A stretch of DNA of 64,000 bases from a virus. Its lineage: Duplodnaviria > Caudoviricetes. The notes beneath the pieces are model-generated. The model saw nothing but the letters and a program-made list of their open reading frames with translations, ran no database searches and was not told where the DNA came from. Shown here piece by piece: positions 9,244 to 19,434 of this stretch (positions are counted from its first letter, which is position 1; each line of letters begins with the position of its first letter). The stretch lies in the IMG/VR virus record IMGVR_UViG_3300032330_001252, positions 18,432 through 82,431 of that record; one strand, given 5' to 3'. Made by a program: the position numbers and the translations under genes.

Positions 9244-11103
9244 ATGTCAGCTTCTTTATCCCCAGGTATTGATTCGTTAGTTTTATCCGTGGCTCGTCCA
9301 TTGGACTCAGATGGGGTAACGCCACGCGACGACTTAATTGGTTTAAAAGTGTGGTACTCTACCACAAGTGGTTTTGACCCTAGCCAAGGGCAAGGAACAT
9401 TAGTTTATGACGGTGCAGGGCTTATAGCTACTATTAGTGGCTTGACTGCCCGTGCCACATATTATGTAAAATACGCACTTATCAGTGAAATTGAGCCGGA
9501 TTACTATACAATTAGTGATCAGCTAAGTGCTATACCTGCGTACGGCTCTACAACAGTAGATAATACACCACCACCTACTCCAACTGGTGTTACAGTTAGT
9601 TCAGCAATTACAAGTGTATTTATTCAACACGATAGTCCAGTTTATTCGCAAGGACGTGGTCATAAAAAGACTCATGTCTATGCAATGAAAACCACTGCAT
9701 CAACGCCAGCAGCTAGTATTGTATTTGCTAATGCCACAAAAGTTGCTGAATTTACTGGTACAATTTTTACCATGAGTTCCAACCCAGGTACTACATGGCA
9801 TATATGGTTAAAGTGGGAAACTAATGACGGATACTTTAGTGCTGTAGCAAGTGGTGGTACAAGCGGCAATGAGACCACAACTGGACAAGATGTAACTTCA
9901 CTTTTAGGAGTATTAAATAAACAGTTAACTGCTAGCGAATTAGCTACTTCGCTTAGTACTCGTATTGACTTAATTGATACAGCTAGTACTGGTTTGGTAG
10001 ATAAAGTAACCGGATTAATTACTACTTATGGTGATACTGCTAACTCAGCAACTAATGCTGCTGCCGCACTAGCTGCTAAAACAGCAGCCATTGCAGCTCA
10101 AACGGGTGCTGAAACAGCCGCTACTACTGCTACTACAAAAGCTACTAATGCTGCTACATCAGCAACAGCGGCTGCCACATCTGCTACTAATGCTGCTACA
10201 TCTGAAACAAATGCAGGAACTAGTGCTGGAGCTGCAGCTACTTCTGCTACAACTGCTAGTACAAAAGCCGCAGAAGCTGGTACTAGCGCTACATCTGCCG
10301 CTACATCTGCAACTAATGCCGCCAGTAGCGAAAGCGCTGCCGCTACTTCAGCAACTACTGCAGCTACTTCTGCTACAACAGCTGGTGAAAAAGCAACTGC
10401 CGCATCTAATTCAGCTACTAGTGCGGCAACATCGGCAACTAATGCAGGTACTTCAGCTACTAGTGCGGCAACATCGGCAACTACTGCAACTACTAAAGCA
10501 GCAGCAGCTAGTGTAAGTGCAACTAATGCTGCTACATCAGAAACTAATGCAGCTGGCTCAGCTACAAGTGCTGCTAGTTCCTTAACTAGTGTACAAGCGG
10601 TAGCAACTGACTATAATGGTGCTGTACAAACACTTGCCCGAACAGTTGCTGGTTCAGATGGTGCTACTGCCCAATATACTGTTAAAGTTCAAACAGGTAC
10701 AAATAATGCCAAGTATGTAGCAGGTTTCGGATTATCTAGTACAACTACGGCTGCTGGCGATTCTACAAGTAATTTTGCTATTGTAGCCGATAAATTTTCA
10801 ATTGCTCCCGTAGCGTCAGGAATTAATGCTAATAGCGCTAGTCCATTTTTTGTACTAACACAAACTACCAAAATAGATGGTATAGATGTTCCAGCAGGTA
10901 CTTACTTAAAAACAGCTTTTATTGCAGATGCAACTATTACTACTGCAAAAATTGCTGATGCAGCAATTACTAGTGCTAAAATTGATAGTTTGAGTGCTAG
11001 TAAAATCACAGCTGGTACAATTAAAGTTGACCTTGCCATTAAGTCTCCAGATGAAAAGTTTATAGTAGATTTTCAGAATAAATATATCTCCATTACGGTT
11101 TAG
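9244..11103 (+). CDS. Tail fibre with Ala/Thr/Ser heptad repeats and a DUF1983-like C-terminus
   Basis: FnIII-like N-terminus; ATSA(T/A)(N/T)A repeats; C-terminal AQYTVKV...YVAGFGL...FAIVADKF...ADATITTAKI typical of gpJ/DUF1983 ends. Confidence 0.8.
   Translation: MSASLSPGIDSLVLSVARPLDSDGVTPRDDLIGLKVWYSTTSGFDPSQGQGTLVYDGAGLIATISGLTARATYYVKYALISEIEPDYYTISDQLSAIPAYGSTTVDNTPPPTPTGVTVSSAITSVFIQHDSPVYSQGRGHKKTHVYAMKTTASTPAASIVFANATKVAEFTGTIFTMSSNPGTTWHIWLKWETNDGYFSAVASGGTSGNETTTGQDVTSLLGVLNKQLTASELATSLSTRIDLIDTASTGLVDKVTGLITTYGDTANSATNAAAALAAKTAAIAAQTGAETAATTATTKATNAATSATAAATSATNAATSETNAGTSAGAAATSATTASTKAAEAGTSATSAATSATNAASSESAAATSATTAATSATTAGEKATAASNSATSAATSATNAGTSATSAATSATTATTKAAAASVSATNAATSETNAAGSATSAASSLTSVQAVATDYNGAVQTLARTVAGSDGATAQYTVKVQTGTNNAKYVAGFGLSSTTTAAGDSTSNFAIVADKFSIAPVASGINANSASPFFVLTQTTKIDGIDVPAGTYLKTAFIADATITTAKIADAAITSAKIDSLSASKITAGTIKVDLAIKSPDEKFIVDFQNKYISITV
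10040..10600 (+). repeat. Coding tandem repeat (7-aa/21-nt Ala-Thr-Ser units), including an exact 30-nt duplication
   Basis: tcagctactagtgcggcaacatcggcaact occurs at 10411-10440 and 10453-10482. Confidence 0.9.
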
Positions 11104-11132
11104 TACAATTATTATTTGCCGCTAAACAAAAC

Positions 11133-11164
11133 AAAAATACCAGCCATAGGGCTGGTATTTTTTT
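11133..11164 (+). terminator. Rho-independent terminator after the core tail genes
   Basis: aaaaataccagcc-atag-ggctggtattttt followed by a T run. Confidence 0.85.
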
Positions 11165-11167
11165 ATG

Positions 11168-11196
11168 TTGACATTAGCCTGCCCTTATGATATAAT
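11168..11196 (+). promoter_or_regulatory. Consensus sigma70 promoter driving the accessory block
   Basis: TTGACA (11168-11173), 17-nt spacer, TATAAT (11191-11196). Confidence 0.85.
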
Positions 11197-11321
11197 AATA
11201 CAAAATGTCCACAGGTGTTTAAATTTTTTCTTGACAAGCGGAAAGCTAGTTTGAAACACCATAATATAATAGAATTAGCTTAGTTATGCTAACTAGCCGC
11301 AATAAGCAAGGAGAATATCTA

Positions 11322-11669
11322 ATGCCGGAACTAGTCCCTGAAAATTTAATTCAAGCGTTTGGCGCGGTTGCTATGGCAGCTATCGTTGTAATGCTTGGAA
11401 TTCAAAAAATCATAAAACATTGGCAAACCACAGACGCAGAAAATTCAATTATCAAAATTATGCATAATGAATTGGAACGTATGAGCCAACAGAATACAGC
11501 TCTTAGTGTAGAGCTAGGTAGATTACACAACGAAGTAATTGCATTAAATACACAACTACAAATGTTGACTGTAGAAAATCAGCGATTACAAACAGAAGTT
11601 ATTGCACTTACTAATGAAGTAAGTAGCTTTAAAGCATTAAGACAAGGCGGTGCATATGGCAAGATCTAG
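11322..11669 (+). CDS. Membrane-anchored coiled-coil protein (holin-like candidate)
   Basis: AAGGAG RBS before ATG 11322; one N-terminal TM helix followed by a heptad coiled coil. Confidence 0.5.
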   Translation: MPELVPENLIQAFGAVAMAAIVVMLGIQKIIKHWQTTDAENSIIKIMHNELERMSQQNTALSVELGRLHNEVIALNTQLQMLTVENQRLQTEVIALTNEVSSFKALRQGGAYGKI

Positions 11670-12246
11670 ACTGTTAGACCCAGCTAATGACCTTATAACA
11701 GATGGCGGTGACGTACTTTGGAGTTTTGTAAGAGGCGAGCAATTAGAGTTTCCTATTACCTTAAACTTTGTAGAAAACGTAATGGCTGGCTACACATACG
11801 AAGCAGTAGTTGTAGAAGCCGATAATATTCCTGAACAAACTACTACTCCTACAACGGTTAAAGACGGCGGCATAACAAACGTCTTAGTTGTTAGAGTTCC
11901 AACAAATCGTGGTAACTGGGATTCAGCTCAGGCTTACAACAAAGAAGAAGTAGTTTATTATGGTGGCAAATACTATAAACTAATAGCTGGCGTAGCCCTT
12001 ACAAATACAGTAACACCAGACTTAGACCCTAATTGGTTAGAAACTACACTAAGTAAAGTATACTTACAGTTTCCAAAAACTTTAGGTTCTACATGGGGAC
12101 AAGTACCAACAGTTACTACTCCAGTTTACGGATTCTTTGAGTTACGAGTAACTGAGCCACAAGACAATATTTTTAGACGTACTTGGAAACCTATTCGAGG
12201 TATGGTAGAAATCCTATTCAGCCCTACTTACAGCGCTGACGATTAA
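11650..12246 (+). CDS. Putative virion structural/adaptor protein
   Basis: 198 aa beta-rich ORF in the tail operon, with an internal WDSAQAYNKEEVVYYGGKYY carbohydrate-binding-like insert. Confidence 0.5.
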   Translation: MHMARSRLLDPANDLITDGGDVLWSFVRGEQLEFPITLNFVENVMAGYTYEAVVVEADNIPEQTTTPTTVKDGGITNVLVVRVPTNRGNWDSAQAYNKEEVVYYGGKYYKLIAGVALTNTVTPDLDPNWLETTLSKVYLQFPKTLGSTWGQVPTVTTPVYGFFELRVTEPQDNIFRRTWKPIRGMVEILFSPTYSADD

Positions 12247-12254
12247 GGAACACT

Positions 12255-15206
12255 ATGACACTAGATACTAGACAAATTTTACTAACAGCTACAACGTATA
12301 CTGGGCAGGTAGAAACTGCAAATATAGTAGGTAATGCACCAGCTACTAGTGAAATTGCTTCTGGTATTCCTGGTGCACTACCAGTAATAACACAATTAAA
12401 TGATGTAGCGTTAAATTTTACAGCTACCAACATGGGCGAGGAAAATATTCCAGACCCACGATTATTTAAATTTTTAAGTGATGAATTTAAATTAAACGAA
12501 CAAGCAGTCAAACAAGTTTTTAAGAACTTAAGCGACTTATCTACCACAGACGAACAAGTACGCAAATTACTACAAAAAGTTCTCCAAGACATTACAACTA
12601 CATCGGACGTATTTGACAGAGTTTGGACTGCATACAGAACTTACACAGATTCTACAACTAATACCGAGCTGTTACAAAAAGACTTCCAAAAAGTACTTTT
12701 AGACTTATCAAACAGTAGTGATTTATTACGCACAGATGTAGGCAAGTATTTAGCAGATGTAACTGCACTAGCCAACCTAAGTTACGCAGTTATCTTAGTA
12801 GGCAAAGACCTACAAGATCAAACAATTGGATTCACAGATGTTTTAACTCGAATTGTAGATTTTAACAGAACTTTTGAAGACACGGCATTTATGACCGATG
12901 ACTTTTATGGTGCTGCTAATATTGATGATGACGAGTACGCAGATGTTTATAAAGTTGTTTTAGAGTGGATACGCCCTGAAGAAACATTTTCGGTTGACAT
13001 AGATAAACCAGATGTAGAAGATCAGGCCGCACTTGGCGAACAAGCTTACTTAGAGCCACAGATTCCTAAAACGGACCAAGTTGTAAATGCAGATTTACAG
13101 TTTGCTACCATAGCGCTTAGCAAATTAGATCAAACAACAAACAGTGAGCTACAGGTATTTGATATCACAAAGCCTGATCGTGAAGATACGGCTACTACCA
13201 GCGAACAACAAGCATTTGATGTTGTCAAACCAGATTTGGTTGACCAAGCTACAAATTCAGACCTACAAACCCTGGATGTTGGTCAAACCAGCAGCGATAG
13301 TTTTACAGCTCAAACAGAAGAATACTACTTTGATGTTGATAAACCAGATATAGCAGATCAAGCAACAGCCACAGATCAAGCAGCCAAAGATTTTAGCAAA
13401 CCAGCAGATGACGATCAAGTATCGATTGCTGAGTTATTGCTAACCAAACTAATTGGTTTAAATATCAATGAGATTGACTACTTCTTAGAAGATTATGTAT
13501 TTGACATAACAGATTATACATTCAAAGCTGTTCATGCCAGAGACCAAATTACTCAAATTGTAGTAACAAAACAATTCGAAGACCTAGTAGACTCCACAGA
13601 TGACTTTTATGGCGAAGCAAACATCGATGATGATGAGTATGCTAGCATTGACAAAGTACTTGCCGATTACAGCACATTCTCAGAGAACTTTGATCGAGTA
13701 GTACAGTATATTAGGTTGTTTTACGAAACAGCCACAATGTTGGAACAAGCGGAACTAGCTGCCACAAAAGTTGTTAGTGATCAGACCAGTAATAGTGAGT
13801 TAACTAACTCAGATGTTTACAAAGTCAACAACGATCAAACCACTACATCAGAAACAAAATCATTCGATGTCGAACAAACTAGTATAGATCAAGCTACTAG
13901 TTCAGAACAAGCAACCATTGCCACAAGCACTGTATACTCAGACCAAGCAACTACCACAGATGACTTTAGCAGATTCTACCAAGCAGTTAGAGTTTTTGCA
14001 GAACTAACACAAACAACCGAACGTATTGAACAACTTGTAGAGCGTGTTAGTTCTGACCAAGCTGTGTTTACAGAATTGTTTACCAGAGCTGTTGAAAAAT
14101 TCTCAAATGACCAAGCCGCAACAAGCGAACAGCAAACATTTGACTTTTATGGTGTTTACGAGGAGCTAGTAGATGCAACTGATGACTTTTATGGTGCTGC
14201 TAACATTGACGATGATCAAATTGCAACAGTTGACAAAGTACTTGCCGACTATGCAACTAATTCGGAAACCATAACTACTGTTGCTGAATTTTACAGAACA
14301 TTCTTAGAAACTGCAATCAGCGCAGATCAGGCAACATTTGATTTTGCTAAATCGCTGTTAGACACTGTAACAACATCAGAAAGATTTCAAGTTGATTTTT
14401 CAACATCACGAACTGAAACTGCTACTATATCAGAAACAGTTCAACAAGCTTTTGAAACATCCAGAACTGAAACAGTTGCACAAATTGATTTATTCACGCA
14501 AAGCATTGAGCCGGCCAAATACGAAACGGTTGTTACAAGTGAAGCTACCGCATACGATACAAGCCTAGACAAGCGTGAAACTGCAAACACTGCGGAAACA
14601 GTCGCTCAAGATTTTTCAACGCCACGCACTGATGTGGCAAGTATCTTAGAGTTATTTACCAGTGAATGGACTGCGCTTAGAAGTTATAGTGATGGTATAG
14701 CGCAAACTGATACAGTTAGTCTAGACACTACCAAACCTGCAACTGAAACAACCACAACAAGTGATGCACAAACACTTGATGTAATCAAACGACCGCTAGA
14801 TACTACTACAACATCAGAGGTCGTTGGCAAAGATGCCACTACCGAGTTCTCAGAACTAGTAGATGCCACAGACGACTTTTACGGTGCTGCAACTGTTGGC
14901 GACGATGAGTACGCTGCAATTGACAAAGTACTTGCTGATTATGCTACCAATTCGGACGTAGTCACAACATTAACTACTTTCTTAAGATCAGTTAATGAAT
15001 CCCAAATTTTATCTGAAGTATTCGCTGCTGCAACTGACAAAGCACTTTCAGATATTACTAACAGTAGCGATACTGTGACCTTGCTTACTGCTCCAACAAA
15101 ATTGGAGTCAGTATCAACATCTCAAACAATTTCACTTACTTTACAGAGCTATTTCTCTCAGGACTATGCACAGTTAGGGTATACAGGTGAAACATATACT
15201 TATTAA
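12255..15206 (+). CDS. Large acidic tandem-repeat protein, probably virion-associated
   Basis: 983 aa, very rich in D/E/T; four DDFYG(A/E)A(N/T)(I/V)(D/G)DD(E/Q) repeats plus many ~19-aa D-x-A/T...SE units. Confidence 0.75.
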   Translation: MTLDTRQILLTATTYTGQVETANIVGNAPATSEIASGIPGALPVITQLNDVALNFTATNMGEENIPDPRLFKFLSDEFKLNEQAVKQVFKNLSDLSTTDEQVRKLLQKVLQDITTTSDVFDRVWTAYRTYTDSTTNTELLQKDFQKVLLDLSNSSDLLRTDVGKYLADVTALANLSYAVILVGKDLQDQTIGFTDVLTRIVDFNRTFEDTAFMTDDFYGAANIDDDEYADVYKVVLEWIRPEETFSVDIDKPDVEDQAALGEQAYLEPQIPKTDQVVNADLQFATIALSKLDQTTNSELQVFDITKPDREDTATTSEQQAFDVVKPDLVDQATNSDLQTLDVGQTSSDSFTAQTEEYYFDVDKPDIADQATATDQAAKDFSKPADDDQVSIAELLLTKLIGLNINEIDYFLEDYVFDITDYTFKAVHARDQITQIVVTKQFEDLVDSTDDFYGEANIDDDEYASIDKVLADYSTFSENFDRVVQYIRLFYETATMLEQAELAATKVVSDQTSNSELTNSDVYKVNNDQTTTSETKSFDVEQTSIDQATSSEQATIATSTVYSDQATTTDDFSRFYQAVRVFAELTQTTERIEQLVERVSSDQAVFTELFTRAVEKFSNDQAATSEQQTFDFYGVYEELVDATDDFYGAANIDDDQIATVDKVLADYATNSETITTVAEFYRTFLETAISADQATFDFAKSLLDTVTTSERFQVDFSTSRTETATISETVQQAFETSRTETVAQIDLFTQSIEPAKYETVVTSEATAYDTSLDKRETANTAETVAQDFSTPRTDVASILELFTSEWTALRSYSDGIAQTDTVSLDTTKPATETTTTSDAQTLDVIKRPLDTTTTSEVVGKDATTEFSELVDATDDFYGAATVGDDEYAAIDKVLADYATNSDVVTTLTTFLRSVNESQILSEVFAAATDKALSDITNSSDTVTLLTAPTKLESVSTSQTISLTLQSYFSQDYAQLGYTGETYTY

Positions 15207-15215
15207 GGATTTTAT

Positions 15216-15668
15216 ATGTTACAAGACAACATCAAAACTAAAGGTACGTTGACCCTAGTTCTAACGGACGAAAACGGTAACGTAAAACAACAAGATGAGC
15301 ATAACTTAGTAGTTTCTACAGGTTTAGCTTATATCGCTAGCCGCATGAAAGATGCCACAGCAACTGCAATGAGCCACATGGCTGTTGGCGCTGGTGCTAC
15401 TGCCGCTGCTGCTGCTAACAGTGCTCTTGGTAGCGAACTAGGCCGTGTTACACTAACTAGTACTACTATTGTTACTACTTCGGTAACTAATGACGCAGTT
15501 CAATACGTTGCAACATTCCCAGCTGGTACAGGTACTGGTGCTATTACTGAAGCTGGTATTTTCAACAACGTTAGTGCTGGTACAATGCTATGCCGTACAG
15601 TTTTCGCCGTGATTAACAAAGGTGCATTAGACACCCTAACAATCACTTGGAAAGTAACTGTAGCTTAA
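15216..15668 (+). CDS. Tail fibre/baseplate-associated structural protein
   Basis: NLVVSTG...MAVGAG...ITEAGIFN pattern common to fibre-anchoring proteins. Confidence 0.6.
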   Translation: MLQDNIKTKGTLTLVLTDENGNVKQQDEHNLVVSTGLAYIASRMKDATATAMSHMAVGAGATAAAAANSALGSELGRVTLTSTTIVTTSVTNDAVQYVATFPAGTGTGAITEAGIFNNVSAGTMLCRTVFAVINKGALDTLTITWKVTVA

Positions 15669-15686
15669 TTTTAACGGGGATTACCT

Positions 15687-15920
15687 ATGGCAACAATTAT
15701 TACTCGTGTATTGGGTGCTACCGCCAAAGGTACTCCTCTTACAAATGAAGAAGTTGATAATAACTTTATCAACTTAAACACAGAAGTCGGTTTAAAAATG
15801 GTCAAGTCTGCTAATCTAGGTGATCTAGCAGACTTGCCTACCGCAAGAACAAATTTACAAGTGTATAGCCAAACAGAATCACTGAACCAGTCGATTGCTA
15901 TGGCTATTGCTCTAGGATAA
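15687..15920 (+). CDS. Small structural protein (KGTPLTNEEVDNNF motif)
   Basis: Motif recurrent at phage fibre N-termini; C-terminal SIAMAIALG. Confidence 0.55.
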   Translation: MATIITRVLGATAKGTPLTNEEVDNNFINLNTEVGLKMVKSANLGDLADLPTARTNLQVYSQTESLNQSIAMAIALG

Positions 15921-15929
15921 GGACAACAA

Positions 15930-16256
15930 ATGGCTTTCAAATCAAAAATAACAGCAAACATCGGAGTAGACGCCAGTCCTAGTACCCTAACCCCTGTAAT
16001 CACATCAGGACAAACAGCTACTCTTATTGGCTTATCTATTGCCAATACCACAGGTGCGACAATTAATGTGAGTGCCCGTGTTGTAAAAGCAGACGCAACG
16101 TCTGCATACTTAATTAAGAACGCCGCAGTCCTACCAGGCGGTGCACTGGCCATTGTTGGCGGTGATCAAAAAGTGGTTATTGAACAAGGCGACTCAATTA
16201 CCGCCTCAGCAAGCGCAGCAAGTTCAGCAGACGCAGTAATTTCATACTTAGTTTAA
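15930..16256 (+). CDS. Small beta-rich structural protein
   Basis: AAGGA RBS; GLSIAN...IKNAAV...KVVIEQGD pattern; tail operon context. Confidence 0.55.
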   Translation: MAFKSKITANIGVDASPSTLTPVITSGQTATLIGLSIANTTGATINVSARVVKADATSAYLIKNAAVLPGGALAIVGGDQKVVIEQGDSITASASAASSADAVISYLV

Positions 16257-16266
16257 GGAGTAGTCT

Positions 16267-19056
16267 ATGTATATTGGAAATACTCCCTTCCAAGGTTTAG
16301 TTGGTGGCGGAAATATTCTAGACGCTTCGATTGAAGGCGTAGACCTAAGCACTAGTGCAATTGCAGCTAGACTTGGCTATACTCCTGTTGATCCAGGTGC
16401 AGCGGTATTCAGTGCCACAGTTGGTATTAGTTCTGGTAATTTAAATTTCAGCAGTACTGGTCAAAAGATTACTGCTGATTTTAGTAATGGCACAGTAGCT
16501 AATCGCGCAGCTTTTCAAACAACCACAGCTAATTCAGCTACTCGTCTAACTGTGTTACCAAGTGGCACAGGAACAATTAGTGCTATTAACCTACACGGTG
16601 CTTCAGATCCCACAAATTCAAGTGTTGCTCAATTTAATATGGTTGACGGCACTAGTGCTCAAGTACAATCAAATCGTTTTGGTACAGGTACTTATTACCC
16701 ACTAACTTTCCACACAAGTAATACTGAACAAGTTCGTATTGATACCAGTGGTAACTTTAAACTAAATGGCGGATATATGTCATTTGGTGACAACGGATAT
16801 ATTCGCGCAGATTCAGAAGGTTGGTTACAACTACAAAGTGGTACTAGCGGTACCCGCATTATGAACTCTAGTAATGCAGCAGCATATGTAACTATAGACT
16901 CTAGTGGTAACTTTTTACTTGGCGTAACAGACACTAATCCGCCAACTAGCGCAAACGCATTTGCATTTGCAAAATCAGATAATACTTTACGTTTTAGCAA
17001 TACAACAGCTGCTGGTAAAGTTTGGACTATAGGTACGGCTACACCAGGTATTGCAAGTCAAAGTGACTTCTTTAGTTTTGGTCGCTATAATGGTACTGCT
17101 TGGGCTGAATTAGCGCGTTTTGATAATGCTGGTCGCTTAATGATTGGAGTTACTTCAAATATTAATGCAACCACAGCACTACAGGTGTATTGGTCAAATA
17201 ATGCGCGTATTGGTATTGATAGTCCTGATAGCCAAGGATTTTATTTTACCAAAGCTGGTGCAAATAACGGTACTTTTAGAGTTGACACAAACGGTAACTA
17301 CGAGTGGTACACAAAAACTGTTTCCCAAGCAATGATTTTAGCTGCTGGCGGTGATTTATTAATTAATGCTACTGCAAATTATACTGGTGCTAAACTATAT
17401 GTAGAAAATAAAATTAATGTAAATTATAGTGGCGAAATTGCTATGCGCTATAATAATAGCAGTAGTACAGAAAATACTGGATACTGGAAAGGTATGACTG
17501 GTACTAGTCCTGCCTCTGGTGGTAGTGCTCGTGGATTACACCTATTTAATTATGACAAAGATAGTGATGAAGGTATTAACTTTTGGACAGGTATTCCAGG
17601 CTCTGCCACACGATTGGCGAGAATACTACCTAGTGGTAATGTTGGTATAGGTACAGATAGTCCAGCAGTAAAACTACATGTAACTGGAAATGGTGAAGTT
17701 TTAAGAGTTGCCACAACTACCAACGGTTATTTATCTTGGTATCGTGGAGCTACGTGGGCAGGGTATATTGATGCCGAATCTGGTGGAGATATGACTTATG
17801 CAAATGCCACTTCTACTGGTAATATAAAGTTTATTACTAACTCTGGTGAGCGTATGCGTATTACTGCCGGTGGTAGTGTTGGTATAGGAGAAACTAGTCC
17901 AGCTAATAGATTAAGTGTTACTAGTACAGGTTCAAGTAATACAGGTGTAATTGGTATTACTGCTACAGATTCGTCAAGCTCATTTATTTGGGCATCTCAA
18001 GCTTTTGATTCAGTAATGCCAGCCGGTTCAACTTTCCTTCATATGATTGGAAAATCTGGATCTACAAGAAATGCTGGTTATATTGGGTATAGATGGAACA
18101 GTGATGCTGCATCAGGTAACTTACTAACATTTGGTCATTTTGGTGTTGACTACGCTATGAATCTCACGGGTGCAGGTAATGTTGGTATTGGTACTACGAC
18201 CCCGCAAGGTACGCTAGAACTAAAAGGCAATTACGAAGCTGGATATAGTTTAGTTCTTTCAGGAACTTATGGTACTGGTAGATCTTGGGGTTTTCGCACA
18301 CACGGTGGAAATTCTGAAACATTTGCACTATACGATATAACAGGTACCCTTCGTAGAATGTATTTTAGTTCTACAGGTGAAACAGTATTTGAAAATGGAA
18401 GTGGTGTACAACGTTTATTTATTGATGCTAATGGTCAGGTTGGTATTGCCACAGCGCCAGGTTACAAATTTCATGTTGAGGATAGTTCTGCATTAAGCTC
18501 TGGTTTCCGCAATCACTCTAGCTTTACTATGAGTAATATGACTGGGGGCGGTTTATCAGTTGGTATAGGTAAATCAGGTAGTACAAATAACTTAGCAAAA
18601 GTAGTATTTAACTATGCTGGTAGCGGAAGTACAAGTAACTCACTTGGTCTTGGTTTTTGGGATAACGACAATAAGTGGAAATTATTTCCTACTGGTCGAC
18701 TAGACATAAACGGTGTAAGCGTATTTTATACTGCTGGTAACTGTGGTGGCGTAGATAGTTTTTATGTTGATATTCCTATTGCTAATGATAATACTGGTAG
18801 TGCTAATACATATCATATTCAAGCAAGTTTCTCACATGCAAGCTGGGGTGGTTACGGATGCTTACTAGACACTTGGTATAATGCTAGAGGTGCTGGTAAC
18901 TTTATTGAACAGTATGATACCAGAGCAGTAACTAGCAGTAACGGCGGTAGCTGGTCAGTTTCAAAACCTGCTGCAGGTACACTGCGCATTACTAAAAATG
19001 CTGGTACTTATAGTGGCGGTGGTCCTTATTGGATTCGAGTAACTTTTGCAGCATAA
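16267..19056 (+). CDS. Long tail fibre / receptor-binding protein 1
   Basis: MYIGNTP start; repeated GNVGIGT-type shaft motifs; distinct C-terminal tip. Confidence 0.85.
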   Translation: MYIGNTPFQGLVGGGNILDASIEGVDLSTSAIAARLGYTPVDPGAAVFSATVGISSGNLNFSSTGQKITADFSNGTVANRAAFQTTTANSATRLTVLPSGTGTISAINLHGASDPTNSSVAQFNMVDGTSAQVQSNRFGTGTYYPLTFHTSNTEQVRIDTSGNFKLNGGYMSFGDNGYIRADSEGWLQLQSGTSGTRIMNSSNAAAYVTIDSSGNFLLGVTDTNPPTSANAFAFAKSDNTLRFSNTTAAGKVWTIGTATPGIASQSDFFSFGRYNGTAWAELARFDNAGRLMIGVTSNINATTALQVYWSNNARIGIDSPDSQGFYFTKAGANNGTFRVDTNGNYEWYTKTVSQAMILAAGGDLLINATANYTGAKLYVENKINVNYSGEIAMRYNNSSSTENTGYWKGMTGTSPASGGSARGLHLFNYDKDSDEGINFWTGIPGSATRLARILPSGNVGIGTDSPAVKLHVTGNGEVLRVATTTNGYLSWYRGATWAGYIDAESGGDMTYANATSTGNIKFITNSGERMRITAGGSVGIGETSPANRLSVTSTGSSNTGVIGITATDSSSSFIWASQAFDSVMPAGSTFLHMIGKSGSTRNAGYIGYRWNSDAASGNLLTFGHFGVDYAMNLTGAGNVGIGTTTPQGTLELKGNYEAGYSLVLSGTYGTGRSWGFRTHGGNSETFALYDITGTLRRMYFSSTGETVFENGSGVQRLFIDANGQVGIATAPGYKFHVEDSSALSSGFRNHSSFTMSNMTGGGLSVGIGKSGSTNNLAKVVFNYAGSGSTSNSLGLGFWDNDNKWKLFPTGRLDINGVSVFYTAGNCGGVDSFYVDIPIANDNTGSANTYHIQASFSHASWGGYGCLLDTWYNARGAGNFIEQYDTRAVTSSNGGSWSVSKPAAGTLRITKNAGTYSGGGPYWIRVTFAA

Positions 19057-19068
19057 CAAGGACAAACA

Positions 19069-19434
19069 ATGATACTATTATTTAATACAGCAGGACAACA
19101 CGTGTTTTCCTGCTTACATATACCAGATTCACATAAAACTAGTGAGTATACTGCTGCAAAATTACCTGATACTGAAACTTTTGATATTAACCGCGTTTAT
19201 ACACTAGTAGAGGGTGAAATTGTTGTAGGTGAATTAAAGCCTGTTGATCAAGCAGAAATTGCACGAATTGAAACAGAACTTGCCGCAATGCAATATCAGC
19301 AAGAACGTAGACAAGCATACCCTTCTATAGAAGATCAACTAGATACATTGTATCACGGTGGATATGATGCTTGGAAAACAGAAATTGCTGTAATCAAAGC
19401 CCAATACCCTAAACCAACGGGAGGTAACGCATGA
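19069..19434 (+). CDS. Tail fibre assembly chaperone
   Basis: Follows fibre 1; C-terminal RRQAYPSIEDQLDTLYHGG...IKAQYPKP motif typical of fibre chaperones. Confidence 0.7.
   Translation: MILLFNTAGQHVFSCLHIPDSHKTSEYTAAKLPDTETFDINRVYTLVEGEIVVGELKPVDQAEIARIETELAAMQYQQERRQAYPSIEDQLDTLYHGGYDAWKTEIAVIKAQYPKPTGGNA

Noticed and set aside
11231-11270. Second promoter (TTGACA at 11231) before ORF 11322
   Set aside because: No -10 hexamer at 16-18 nt spacing.
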